The position numbers and the translations under genes were made by a program. A DNA stretch of 64,000 bases. It comes from Gammaproteobacteria bacterium. Lineage in GTDB: Bacteria; Pseudomonadota; Gammaproteobacteria; Eutrophobiales; Eutrophobiaceae. Where the stretch lies: the NCBI GenBank assembly GCA_965215365.1, contig CBDCDS010000003.1, forward strand, positions 2,336,001-2,400,000, written 5' to 3'. Shown here piece by piece: positions 1-9,969 of this stretch. Numbering within the stretch: position 1 is the first letter of the stretch; each line of letters opens with the position of its first letter. The notes under the pieces are model-generated. The model saw only the letters and a program-made list of their open reading frames with translations, did no database searches and had not been told where the DNA came from.

Positions 1-111
1 AAGGCATGCACCCATGACCGCGCAGTTCAGGTTCCAGCCAGGAACCTGATGAAAATAGCCGCTCTCCTCATTGAGCAGCAGCAGCACCAACTCATGCACC
101 AAATTATTCAC
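1..111 (-). CDS. 5' part of a gene running off the window edge, GPP34 (Golgi phosphoprotein 3)-like N-terminus
   Basis: Not in ORF track. GTG at 111 after a GAGG SD reads MNNLVHELVLLLLNEESGYFHQVPGWNLNCAVMGACL, which resembles the GPP34 start L.EEL.LL.L..E.G...L..A..GA.L. Confidence 0.55.
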   Translation of the reverse strand, partial: MNNLVHELVLLLLNEESGYFHQVPGWNLNCAVMGACL

Positions 112-172
112 AGGCTACCTCTTGCTTCTCCGGAGTAGAGCTTCAGGACAATTCAGGTCAGCGCCCGACAGT

Positions 173-685
173 TCAACCGGGCGCGTCCCGCCCGCTCGCC
201 CCACCAGCCAACGACGACCCCGCCTCCACATACGCCTTCACGGCCTCCACATCGGCGGTAATGCCCTTTATGGCCGCCGGCCGGAGAAAGGGTGTAACCA
301 GCTTGCCCATGAAGCTGATCGGCTCTATCCGCACCAGCATGTCGAGTTGGGCCTGGTCGCCGCTTTCATTGGGCGTCACGGTAAAGGTTGTGTGCCAGAG
401 GGCTCCCGCCTCCTCGGTCACCAGCTGGACCATACTGCCATCCTCGAAACCGGTCACCTCGCTTTCAGTTGCTGACAGGCCAAAGACCCTCGCAAAGAAC
501 GCCTGCACGCCGCTGAAGCGGCGGGTCTCATGAAATCGGGCGCCGACTCCGGTTTCATTTTCAGTGAGGAAATGCACCGTATCAATCTCTGGAATCGCCT
601 TGCCGTAGTTGCGGCCATTGGCGACGACATCGAACACGGCCGGCGCTGTTGCGGCGATAGTCCGGCTGATCTTAATTGGCTTCAT
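173..685 (-). CDS. SRPBCC/START-like (polyketide cyclase/dehydrase) protein
   Basis: I.ISRTIAA...VFDVVA start, GVGARF.ETR motif, C-terminal helix, AGGAG SD. Confidence 0.8.
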   Translation of the reverse strand: MKPIKISRTIAATAPAVFDVVANGRNYGKAIPEIDTVHFLTENETGVGARFHETRRFSGVQAFFARVFGLSATESEVTGFEDGSMVQLVTEEAGALWHTTFTVTPNESGDQAQLDMLVRIEPISFMGKLVTPFLRPAAIKGITADVEAVKAYVEAGSSLAGGASGRDAPG

Positions 686-918
686 ATCTGATTAATCTCC
701 TCTTCCTCGTTGTCGTTTCTTGCCGCGGGTTCCCTGCTACAGGTGTTGAGAGAGGTCTCTTGATGCACGATAAAAACAGTTGCTGCACAACAGCAGCATA
801 GCCTCAGGAACAACTGCAGTATATCAGACATTTCAAGACCTGTGTTACGAACTGTTACGAACACACCTCTTCAAAATTCGGACGATGCGGGTCTCATTGA
901 CGGGTTGCGCAAAGCGGT

Positions 919-2298
919 TCAGGCTTTGCGCAACCGCCAACCGTACATCAGGCGACCATAAAAGTTAAACCACTTGCGCGTTTCTTCATTATCGAAAGGG
1001 TAGTCGGCGCCCAGTTGCCTGGCAGTAACCAAGCCGGTAATGAAGCAGGTTTCCTGACTGTTGATCAAGGTATGCGCGCCGCAGTGCCAGCTGCGCCGTT
1101 TGCCCTGGATCAGGCGGAACAACGGCACCAGCAAGGCCACGTGGCGCACGTCATGCACGACATGCTGGAACCACCACTTCCTGACGATTTTGTTCTCGTC
1201 AATGGGAGTAATCGGGTTGTAAGTCACCAGACACGGCTTGTCCGAGCTGTTTGCCCAAGGCTGCTGATTGTGCATGATATAGGTGATTTCGTAGTTATCC
1301 GGTCTGACGCCGTACTGTTCTATGTGGTTGCTGCGGGTAGTGAGCGGTTTGACATCGTTGTCCGGCAGCACCGAGGCATCCGAATGCACCACAGTGTGGT
1401 TGTGTAACTCACTCTCGTAGCGCACGGACGAGAGCAGAAAACTCTCCAGCAAGCTCGGCTGGTCCAACATCATCAAGGTCTGATTAGCGTTGCAAGCGAA
1501 TACCACGTCATCGAAGTTCTCCCGTTGACCCTGTTCATCCTCTATCACGACTTCATCTGCATAGCGATACACCTTGCGCACCGGCCGGTTAAGGTAAATC
1601 CGCTCCTGAAAGCCTGCCGACATCTTTTCATAAACATGCCGCGTGCCCCGGTCCCAGGTTTGCATCGGCGTGGCCGCTTCGATATCAAAGAACTCCAGGT
1701 AGCGGGCGAACAGCGACGCCGGCATGTCAAACACGTTTGTGGCCATGAGAAAGTTAACGAACATTGGCTTTAATATCTTGTAGCGGAAGTCGCCGGAAAA
1801 CCTGCCTAGGTTCAGCAACATGCCCATGCTGAGGTAATTAAAGGGATTGATGGCATTGAGCAGGCGCGAGCGCGAGCGGTTCAGCCGGCCCAACCACTGC
1901 AACCCCCTGAGCATCTTCTGAAACTTCTTGATTTCCGGTTGTAATGCGCGCCTGATATCGGTGTCGAAATCATGCGCGTACAGGCCGCCGCGGTATTTCA
2001 CGCTGTAACTGAAACGGGTATCGACCAGGTCGATGTCATGTTCCTGCATGAACAGCAGGATATGATGGTACACCGTAGGGATGCAGGCGGTGACGGAAAT
2101 ATCGAATGGAATGGAGGAGCCATCATCCTGCGGCATATCCGCAGTGTAGGCATTGCCGCCGACGCGGGACTGCGCTTCGTACAGCCGGAAATCGAACCTG
2201 TCAGGATGCCGATGCAAGGCCCAAGCAAGCCCCAGGCCTGACACCCCGGCGCCAATAATGGCAATTTTTCTCGGCTCAGCAGTGTGGTTAACCCGCAT
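919..2298 (-). CDS. FAD-dependent oxidoreductase (flavin amine-oxidase-like)
   Basis: KIAIIGAGVSGL Rossmann motif and EAQSRVGG motif, 459 aa. The start ATG lies inside the MITE-A terminal repeat. Confidence 0.85.
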   Translation of the reverse strand: MRVNHTAEPRKIAIIGAGVSGLGLAWALHRHPDRFDFRLYEAQSRVGGNAYTADMPQDDGSSIPFDISVTACIPTVYHHILLFMQEHDIDLVDTRFSYSVKYRGGLYAHDFDTDIRRALQPEIKKFQKMLRGLQWLGRLNRSRSRLLNAINPFNYLSMGMLLNLGRFSGDFRYKILKPMFVNFLMATNVFDMPASLFARYLEFFDIEAATPMQTWDRGTRHVYEKMSAGFQERIYLNRPVRKVYRYADEVVIEDEQGQRENFDDVVFACNANQTLMMLDQPSLLESFLLSSVRYESELHNHTVVHSDASVLPDNDVKPLTTRSNHIEQYGVRPDNYEITYIMHNQQPWANSSDKPCLVTYNPITPIDENKIVRKWWFQHVVHDVRHVALLVPLFRLIQGKRRSWHCGAHTLINSQETCFITGLVTARQLGADYPFDNEETRKWFNFYGRLMYGWRLRKA

Positions 2299-2753
2299 AT
2301 CTCACCAAGTCGCTTGTTGCATTGTGAAACATTTTTACTCTCAATAAGTTATGGGCACCTCTCACAAACACGAGGTGCCCGTGCAGCACAGGGATGTGCT
2401 GCCAGTAACAGCAAGCACGTAAGTGCCTGAAAATGAAGGAAATGAAAAATTACACTTTTTCATTTCCGTCTCTAAACTTTCATGATCAGGGCGTTGCACA
2501 CCCCGACAGTATGTAAATCTGTAAAATTTACATAGCAAAAATGCCACGGAGGGCATTTTTAGAGGTTACCTTATGGTAATTTCTGTTCTTTCCACATAAC
2601 ACACTGCGCTTGATGCGCCCTCGCTGGTCCTGGTTCTGCCTGCGGGCACGTGCTTGTTCAACCATAGCTACGGCTATGGTTTCGGGCGCAGGCACCCGCC
2701 GGCAGAACCAGTCCGGCGCGAGCTTCGCATCACCTGGTGAGATCTGCGGGTTA
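2289..2753. mobile_element. MITE-A (non-autonomous element) with nested MITE-B
   Basis: Ends TAACCCGCATATCTCACCA ... TGGTGAGATCTGCGGGTTA are inverted repeats; body is homologous to 56393-56695. Confidence 0.75.
2353..2570. mobile_element. MITE-B nested in MITE-A
   Basis: Ends GGGCACCTCT...AGAGGTTACC flanked by TTAT on both sides; 2468-2570 is the reverse-complement homologue of 4604-4710. Confidence 0.7.
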
Positions 2754-3092
2754 GAGGTAACCATGGCGGTACAATACGACAATGTGGCCAGTCATGCAAA
2801 TTTTGTCCGGGTTCTGTGTTGTCCGGGTCAAACAGGACCTGTGCAGCAATTCCCGCTAATGCCTGAGCAGTCATAAAATCCTTACAAATACAGGGTGGAT
2901 TCAGTATACTACCAGGCATTATTCACGTCAAAGGTGAGGTGAGCCATGTCCCGTCCTGCTTTACGTAAGTCGCTGAGTGCCCCGGGTTTGTTAAGTGAAG
3001 TCCGCCGTGTCCGGGTGCGGCAGCTTGCCGCAGAGATTCCAAAAGGCAAACTCCCAACGGCGCAAGAACCGAGGAGGACATTTTAGAGTTTG

Positions 3093-3698
3093 CTATGAGC
3101 CATGTCTCTGCTTTTTCCAATAAATCAAACGGTTATTCGCCGGCATGGGGTAGTCACGTTGCAGCTGCAGGTTTGCCGATGTGGCCAGCTTATTGACCTC
3201 TTCAAAGTGTCGGATACCGCTTTGCGGGTCGCGTTGCTGCAGCCATAAGTCAAACCTTGCATTACTCTCGCTGGTATAGGCGTTGTTGTAGTTGAATGGT
3301 CCGTACATGGCCAGCAAGCCATTGTCGGGAAGCAGCTTTCCTACCCCGCTGAACAGAGCCTTCACGGACTCCCGGCTTATGATATGGATCGTGTTTGCGC
3401 AAAACACTGCATCGACTTGCAGCTCGGGCCAGTACGGCTGGTTGACGTCCAGTGCCAGTGGCGCCGGCGTGTTGGGCAGGTTGGCTTCAGCCAGCCATAA
3501 TTTGATGCCGGCATGGTGTTGCGGGAGCTCACTGCTGTGCCAGACCAGGTGCGGCAGGTTTGTGGCGAAGTAAACCGCATGCTGACCGGTGCCGCTGCCG
3601 ATCTCCAGAACCTGCTGGCAATCGGCAAACAGTGTTTGAATAATTTCCAGAATGGGTTGCCGGTTGTTGTCACAGGCGGCGGAATAGGGTTTGTTCAT
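3093..3698 (-). CDS. DUF938-family class I SAM-dependent methyltransferase
   Basis: KPYSAAC.NNR.PIL, VLEIGSGTGQHA, YGPFN, FD.WL..RDP.SGIR, MPANN motifs. Confidence 0.9.
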   Translation of the reverse strand: MNKPYSAACDNNRQPILEIIQTLFADCQQVLEIGSGTGQHAVYFATNLPHLVWHSSELPQHHAGIKLWLAEANLPNTPAPLALDVNQPYWPELQVDAVFCANTIHIISRESVKALFSGVGKLLPDNGLLAMYGPFNYNNAYTSESNARFDLWLQQRDPQSGIRHFEEVNKLATSANLQLQRDYPMPANNRLIYWKKQRHGS

Positions 3699-3784
3699 AT
3701 AAAAGGCCAGGGTGCTGCGGCTCGTTGTGTCTGTTCTTGCAAATGAGTCTTGACATCACCTCGCTACAGGTTATTGTCATTGCC

Positions 3785-4405
3785 ATGCCAAGTCTATCAA
3801 AAATTCAGGCATTAACGCTTTGCGCGTTATTCTTGGGTAGCTTCCTGCCTGTGCCCCAAAACCTGGCAGGCAACCTGCTTGCAAGCAGCGGCGCTAAACT
3901 CGACGAGACGCAGGTCCAAGCAGTTGAGAAAGCAGCCATAACTTCGGCCGAGGTAGAACAGCAACGCCAGGCCATCGCAGTGATGCTGGCGGAATACGAG
4001 CTCGAAGGCAGGAAACTGCTGGACGGACTTGATGGAACTGCCGACAGGAACCAGATTGACCGGCAGGCCGGCGCCCTGCTCTCCGCCGGTGAAGAGATCA
4101 TGGGCTGGGCCCGGTTCCGCTTACAACAGTGCGATGAATACCTTAGCAAGGCCCTGGAACTCAAGGCAATGATGCCTGACATTACCCTGGAAGTACTGGA
4201 GCGGGATTATCATCACGATGGCGCGTTGCCGCAAGCGCTGCCGGAGTGCTACCACATCAAAGACACATTCGTACATCCGGCTACAGTGTTGGTGCTGACC
4301 CGTGATGACCCCGCCCTGGGGCAGGAAACCGTTGCCGGCATCAAGGCGGAGCTACAGGAAGTGCTGGGGCACATAGAGGTCGTGCGACAACTGATTGTCT
4401 ATTGA
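3785..4405 (+). CDS. Exported hypothetical protein, possible metal-binding helical bundle
   Basis: N-terminal hydrophobic signal; Cys/His cluster YHHDGALP..PECYHIKD..VHPATV; coding-like codon usage; start uncertain (3725-3785). Confidence 0.6.
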   Translation: MPSLSKIQALTLCALFLGSFLPVPQNLAGNLLASSGAKLDETQVQAVEKAAITSAEVEQQRQAIAVMLAEYELEGRKLLDGLDGTADRNQIDRQAGALLSAGEEIMGWARFRLQQCDEYLSKALELKAMMPDITLEVLERDYHHDGALPQALPECYHIKDTFVHPATVLVLTRDDPALGQETVAGIKAELQEVLGHIEVVRQLIVY

Positions 4406-4406
4406 A

Positions 4407-4470
4407 GGGAACCTCTAACCCGCATATCTCACCAAGTCGCTTGTTGCATTGTGAAACATAATTGTTCTCC
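4407..4470. mobile_element. MITE-B end (GGGAACCTC) fused to a MITE-A left end
   Basis: gggaacctc-TAACCCGCATATCTCACCAAGTCGCTTGTTGCATTGTGAAACAT matches 2289 onward. Confidence 0.7.
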
Positions 4471-4603
4471 CAACTTCGACGGTTTATTTCTCTAACTGAT
4501 TGATTTTATTGAAGGCGCGTTGACCCTCAGGCACTACAATTGCCCTATATCGGCGTTCTCAGGGGCCGGCTATTTGAGCTCGTAGGGGGGTGGAGTGACT
4601 TAA

Positions 4604-4710
4604 GGGAACCTCTAAAAATACCCTCCGTGGTATTTTTGCTGTGTAAATTTTGCAGATTTACATATTGTCGGGGTGTGCAGTGCCCTGATCATGAAGGTTT
4701 AGAGGCACCC
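4604..4710. mobile_element. MITE-B, compact 107 bp copy
   Basis: GGGAACCTCTAAA...TTTAGAGGCACCC inverted ends; internal hairpins AAAAATACC-N6-GGTATTTTT and TGTAAAT..ATTTACA. Confidence 0.75.
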
Positions 4711-4878
4711 ATATGTATTGAACCTGGACAAATCATTTGTCTTTGCTGAGGTATAAGGTAGAGTGTGCATGGGTCTTACCTGTGAAACCCATCCGGTGAT
4801 AGTCATTGATCTCGCAAGACATTACACAGACAAGGCTTTTTGATTCTTGGCCTTGCTAACGCGGGATTAGAGAATAAC

Positions 4879-5854
4879 ATGCTCGACTCAAGCATAAAAA
4901 TTGCTGATCAATACAGCCCGGATGAGCAAGCAGTACTTTTCCATGGCAACTGCCTGGACCTGCTGAAAGAGATACCGGAGCGTAGCGTCCAACTGGTTGT
5001 CACCTCTCCCCCTTATAACATCGGCAAGGAATACGAGAAGAAAATAAATATTGACAAGTACCTCAGCCAACAGGCCGAAGTAATTAAGGACTGTGTACGT
5101 GTTCTTTCCGATACGGGAAGTATTTGTTGGCAGGTAGGCAATTATGTCAACGATGGTTCAATCATTCCCTTAGATACAGTTCTGTATCCGATATTTACTG
5201 AACTTGATTTGGTCATGCGCAATAGAGTCATCTGGTATTTTGAGCATGGATTACACTGCACCAGACGGTTTTCCGGCCGCTATGAAACCATAATCTGGTT
5301 TACCAGAAAAACGAAGGAATTCGTGTTTAATCTCGACCCGGTCCGAGTTCCGCAGAAATATCCGGCCAAGAAATACTTCAAGGGACCTAAAGCCGGGCAA
5401 TATTCCTGCAACCCCCTCGGTAAAAATCCGGGGGACATCTGGGATATACCCAATGTCAAGAATAACCATATAGAGAAGACCGAGCATCCCTGCCAGTTTC
5501 CGGTAGGTCTCATCGAGCGGCTGGTCTTGTCGATGACCAACGAGGGAGATTGGGTGTTTGACCCTTTTCTGGGAACCGGCACATCGGTTATTGCCGCACT
5601 ACGCCACAAAAGAAGGGGGGGGCGGCGCTGAGACGGAAAAGAAATACGTCAGGATTGCAAAAGACAGGATACAGAATCAGATAGACGGCACCCTGCGAAC
5701 TCGGCCGATGAATAAACTCAAATATGATCCCGCCACGGGCAACAACAAATTGACCGTGCCGCCATGGGATACTACCGGCGAAGAGGCAATACAAGAGAGA
5801 TTGATGGAGCCCCGCGCAAAATACCATAACGATGAGGGGCCGTTTGCTGTTTAG
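4879..5854 (+). pseudogene. Site-specific DNA methyltransferase (beta class, N4-C, M.BglII/M.BstYI-like), frameshifted in a G8 run
   Basis: TSPPY, HPCQFP and DPFLGTGTS motifs. Frame breaks at G8 (5615-5622); the C-terminus GAETEKKY...LRTRPM continues in ORF 5558..5854. Confidence 0.85.
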
Positions 5855-6299
5855 TCCGATCGATATGAACAGGTCATTCAAAAAGCTCCTGGAAGATAAA
5901 GGATGGGCAGAAAGTCGCGTCAGCTATTGGGTGACAAAGGATGAGAAGTTGATCAGAAAGACACTCACCATGTCTCCGGAACAGCAAAAACAGGAAATTG
6001 AACGAACAGACTCTTCCCCGATATACAGCTACAACCAGACTGATTTTGTCAAAGACAGGGTGGCAATTGAGGTTCAATTCGGAAAATATTCCTTTGTTGC
6101 ATACGATTTATTTGTTAAACACCTTGCATTTTACGTGGGTGACAAAATTGATGTCGGTGTTGAAATTTTACCCATGAAACAACTGCAATCCCAAATGAGC
6201 TCCGGCGTGTCTTACTACGAAGGAGAGCTGTACAATGTTATTAGGCAGGGACGTGGGGTGCCGGCAGTGCCGCTGGTAATTGTGGGAATTGAAGATTAA
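5832..6299 (+). pseudogene. BglII/BstYI-family type II restriction endonuclease, N-terminally truncated
   Basis: SYNQTDFVKDRVAIEVQFGKYSFVAYDLFVKH and SSG.SYYEGELYNVIRQGRGVPAVPLV match BstYI from recall; ~50 N-terminal residues are absent. Confidence 0.85.
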
Positions 6300-6379
6300 A
6301 AATCATCCGCCGCGCTTCGGGCAAGTGGTTAACCGCGTTGGTGCCGGTATAACGCTGAAACAATGCGGAATTGGGCAAG

Positions 6380-6650
6380 CGCGGCGTGTACTGCCTGCGC
6401 TCTAACCGCACCGACTGGGACGAGGACACCCTCTGGCGCACCTACTTCATGCTCACCGAGGTCGAAGCTGTGTTCCGCGCACTGAAATCCGAGCTGGGCC
6501 TGCGCCCCATCTACCACCACACGCCCGTGCGCGCCGAAGGACACCTGTTCATCAGCGTCATCGCCTACCAACTGGTGCAGGTCATTCGCACCCGCCTGAA
6601 ACACACCGGCGAGCACGCCAACTGGACCACCCTGCGCCGCACCCTCGGCA
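6380..6650 (+). mobile_element. IS1634-family transposase C-terminal fragment
   Basis: GVYCLRSN...LW.TY..LTEVEAVFR.LKSELGLRPIYH..RAEGHLFISVIAY; no N-terminus. Confidence 0.8.
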
Positions 6651-6820
6651 GAGGAATGCAGTTCCCGCAAGCTCAGCCGGCAGGCCGGGCGCAGCAGACG
6701 AACTATAACCGAATGTGCCGGTTCAGGAGTCTTTGTCCTGGTAAGGATACTTATAGGCCAACCAGAGCAATACAATCGCTCCTATAAAAGTAGTTGCTCC
6801 AGCAGCCAGCAAAGCCATAT

Positions 6821-7009
6821 TCATCGCTTTTTCCTCATATTGCCAAGGGCTAACAAAAAAATGCCAACCAGTGCCAGCCAGATAGCCAACCAAGTGTTTC
6901 CTCCCTCAAGAACGCCGCTCAAAAAGCCGGCAGAGGTAACGATGATACCCAGCCGACGAATATCTTCCAGCACAGTCGGCACATAAAATTCAAAGTTTTC
7001 AAATGACAT
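6821..7009 (-). CDS. Small two-helix membrane protein (62 aa)
   Basis: MSFENF...LEDIRRLGIIV...LWLALVGIFLLALGNMRKKR; TGcTATACT extended -10 lies 9 nt upstream of the ATG. Confidence 0.55.
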   Translation of the reverse strand: MSFENFEFYVPTVLEDIRRLGIIVTSAGFLSGVLEGGNTWLAIWLALVGIFLLALGNMRKKR

Positions 7010-7042
7010 ATCGGTGACAGTATAGCACACGGCAATACTTGA

Positions 7043-7936
7043 GGGGTCGTTGACCCCCTTGCCATAGTTGGCGGAGAGAGAGGGATTACAAACTACCTCC
7101 CTGTAGTTTGCCCCTGCGGGGCCAGCTACGCTGTTCAAATTCGCTCCCGGCGAATTTGTCGAACCCGGGTGTTGATTATCGAGGGTTCGAATCCGTACTG
7201 CAACAACTACCACAAGGGGGGGTCGTTGACCCCCTTGCCATAGTTGGCGGAGAGAGAGGGATTACAAACTACCTCCCTGTAGTTTGCCCCTGCGGGGCCA
7301 GCTGCGCTGTTCAAATTCGCTCCCGGCGAATTTGTCGAACCCGGGTGTTGATTATCGAGGGTTCGAAGCCACACTCAACAACTATGGCAAGGGGGTCGTT
7401 GACCCCCTTGCCATAGTTGGCGGAGAGAGAGGGATTACAAACTACCTCCCTGTAGTTTGCCCCTGCGGGGCCAGCTGCGCTGTTCAAATTCGCTCCCGGC
7501 GAATTTGTCGAACCCGGGTGTTGATTATCGAGGGTTCGAAGCCACACTCAACAACTATGGCAAGGGGGTCGTTGACCCCCTTGCCATAGTTGGCGGAGAG
7601 AGAGGGATTACAAACTACCTCCCTGTAGTTTGCCCCTGCGGGGCCAGCTGCGCTGTTCAAATTCGCTCCCGGCGAATTTGTCGAACCCGGGTGTTGATTA
7701 TCGAGGGTTCGAAGCCACACTCAACAACTATGGCAAGGGGGTCGTTGACCCCCTTGCCATAGTTGGCGGAGAGAGAGGGATTACAAACTACCTCCCTGTA
7801 GTTTGCCCCTGCGGGGCCAGCTGCGCTGTTCAAATTCGCTCCCGGCGAATTTGTCGAACCCGGGTGTTGATTATCGAGGGTTCGAAGCCACACTCAACAA
7901 CTATGGCAAGGGGGTCGTTGACCCCCTTGCCATAGT
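7043..7936 (-). repeat. tRNA-linked tandem array (RtT-like), five units of 173-176 bp
   Basis: tRNA 3' 19-mer (TGGCGGAGAGAGAGGGATT on +) at 7069, 7245, 7418, 7591, 7764 plus the real tRNA at 7937; each unit carries the hairpin ACTATGGCAAGGGGGTC-GTT-GACCCCCTTGCCATAGT, degenerate in the distal copies. Confidence 0.95.
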
Positions 7937-8027
7937 TGGCGGAGAGAGAGGGATTCGAACCCTCGATACGCTATTAACGTATACACACTTTCCAGGCGTG
8001 CGCCTTCAGCCACTCGGCCATCTCTCC
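7937..8027 (-). tRNA. tRNA-Ser(GGA)
   Basis: GGAGAGATGGCCGAGTGGCTGAAGGCGCACGCCTGGAAAGTGTG...GGTTCGAATCCCTCTCTCTCCGCCA; long variable arm; encoded CCA. Confidence 0.97.
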
Positions 8028-8126
8028 GGTGCGGATTGACGCTATGATATGGGAGAAAGCCCCGGCACACAACTTCCGAAACTCTGAAACTCCGCATGGT
8101 GTCATGTCAGGGCTGTCAACTGCCGC

Positions 8127-9926
8127 TCATTGCATATTTGGAGTGAGTTGCAACTCTGCCAGCCGCGCGTACATGCCGGCGCCGGCGACCAGGCTGTCAT
8201 GGTCGCCGCTATCGACGATCCGGCCCTGGTCCATGACGATGATCCGGTCCACTTTTTTCACGGTGGCCAGACGGTGGGCGATGACGATGACTGTGCGGTT
8301 TGCCATCAATTCCTGTAACGCCTGTTGCAACAGGTTTTCGCTTTCGGCATCCAGCGCGCTGGTGGCCTCGTCCAGCAACAGCAACGGCGGGTCTTTCAAT
8401 ACCGCTCGGGCAATGGCGATGCGTTGTTGCTGGCCGCCGGACAGGCGCGCGCCTTTTTCTCCCAGGAACGTGTGGTAGCCGTTTGGCAGTTGCCGGATAA
8501 AATCGTCCGCATAAGCCGCCGTGGCCGCCCGGACTACTTCGGCATCCGTGGCATGCGGGCGACCGTAGCGAATGTTTTCCAATACGCTGTCGGCAAATAA
8601 CACCGTCTGTTGCGGCACGATGCCGACCTGCTGGCGCAGCGCGCGCAGGTCCAGCTCGCGTATATCGATGCCGGCCAGCCGGATTTGCCCCTCAACAGGA
8701 TCATAAAACCGCAGCAATAACTGGAACACCGTGCTCTTGCCGGCCCCGGACGGCCCCACCAGGGCCAGAGTCTCAGTCGGGCTGATAGCCAGAGATAAGC
8801 CGTCCAGCGCCCACTGCCCAGGGCGGGACGGGTAGCTGAAACTCACTCGCTCCAGTACCAGCGGGTGGTTGGCGCCGGCAGAAAACGGGCGCGGGGCATC
8901 GGGACTGGTGACGGCCGGGCGACTGTCGAGGATGTCCAGCAAGCGCCCCATGGCGCCGGCCGCCCGCTGCACCTCGCTCCAGACCTCCCCTATCGCAGTG
9001 GCACTGCCGGCCACCAGGGTGGCGTAAACCAGGAACTGCACCAGAGTACCGGCGCTGATGCTGCCGTCGATGACAGAGCGGGCGCCGCTCCACAGCACCA
9101 GCACGACGGCGCTGAATGAGCATAACACGACCAGGCCAGATAACAGCGACCCCACCGACAGACGCCGGCGCGCGGCGGCGAAGGAACGCTCTACCGCATC
9201 GTTAAAACGGCGCCCCTGCACAGCCTCAAGGGTGAAGGCCTGCACCACCTGTATGGCATTTAACACCTCCCCGGCAATACCGCTGGAATCGGCCACCCGA
9301 TCCTGGGTCTCCCGGGACAGCTTTCGCACCTTCCTGCCGTACACCAGAACCGGCAACACCACCAGCGGTAACAGCCCGAACAAAAGGATACTCAGCCGCG
9401 GGCTGGTGACGAGCAACATGACCAGACTGCCGCTCAGGATAAAGGCGCTACGCAAGGCCATGGACACCCCGGCCCCGATCACTGACTGCACCAGGGTAGT
9501 ATCCGTAGTCAACCGGGACAGCACTTCACCGGCTCGGGTCACCTCAAAAAAAGCCGCGTCCATGCGCAGTACGTGCCGGTAAACTGCGCTGCGGATGTCG
9601 GCGACTGCCCGCTCGCCAATCCACATCACCGTATAATAACGCGCCGCCGAGGACAGCGCATAGACCCCGGACAACAACAGCAGCGCCATGAAATAAATGT
9701 CTATGGATTGGCCGTTGGCATCGGAAAAACCGTAATCCACCACCAGCCTGATGGACACCGGCATAGCCAGCGCCGCCAGTGCTGCTACGGTCAGGCAGAT
9801 TAACGCAAACAACATTCTGCCGGTGTAAGGGCGCAGAAATGGCAACGCGCGCCGTAGTGGTTTGACCTGGGGCATGTAACGCAGACGGGTCCGATGAAAA
9901 AAGACAGACATTACCACAAACGGCAA
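8127..9926 (-). CDS. ABC transporter fused permease/ATPase (MsbA-related half transporter)
   Basis: 6-TM domain, GPSGAGKST, LSGGQQQR, LLLLDEATSALD; true start probably 9875-9911. Confidence 0.92.
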   Translation of the reverse strand: MPFVVMSVFFHRTRLRYMPQVKPLRRALPFLRPYTGRMLFALICLTVAALAALAMPVSIRLVVDYGFSDANGQSIDIYFMALLLLSGVYALSSAARYYTVMWIGERAVADIRSAVYRHVLRMDAAFFEVTRAGEVLSRLTTDTTLVQSVIGAGVSMALRSAFILSGSLVMLLVTSPRLSILLFGLLPLVVLPVLVYGRKVRKLSRETQDRVADSSGIAGEVLNAIQVVQAFTLEAVQGRRFNDAVERSFAAARRRLSVGSLLSGLVVLCSFSAVVLVLWSGARSVIDGSISAGTLVQFLVYATLVAGSATAIGEVWSEVQRAAGAMGRLLDILDSRPAVTSPDAPRPFSAGANHPLVLERVSFSYPSRPGQWALDGLSLAISPTETLALVGPSGAGKSTVFQLLLRFYDPVEGQIRLAGIDIRELDLRALRQQVGIVPQQTVLFADSVLENIRYGRPHATDAEVVRAATAAYADDFIRQLPNGYHTFLGEKGARLSGGQQQRIAIARAVLKDPPLLLLDEATSALDAESENLLQQALQELMANRTVIVIAHRLATVKKVDRIIVMDQGRIVDSGDHDSLVAGAGMYARLAELQLTPNMQ

Positions 9927-9969
9927 GTTTGCGCGACAGTCGGCGCATTCGGGTTATAATGCGCAAGGT

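Noticed and set aside
2362-2919. Short ORFs within the MITE composite (also 4540-4749 and 56392-56637)
   Set aside because: Translations of non-coding repeats with no transposase motifs
7043-7936. CRISPR array or integron cassette array
   Set aside because: Units are whole-length copies with no unique spacers or cassette ORFs, and no cas or integrase gene is in the window
7108-8097. Repeated 78-102 aa ORFs in the array
   Set aside because: By-products of a structured 173-bp repeat whose length is not a multiple of 3; they overlap the tRNA
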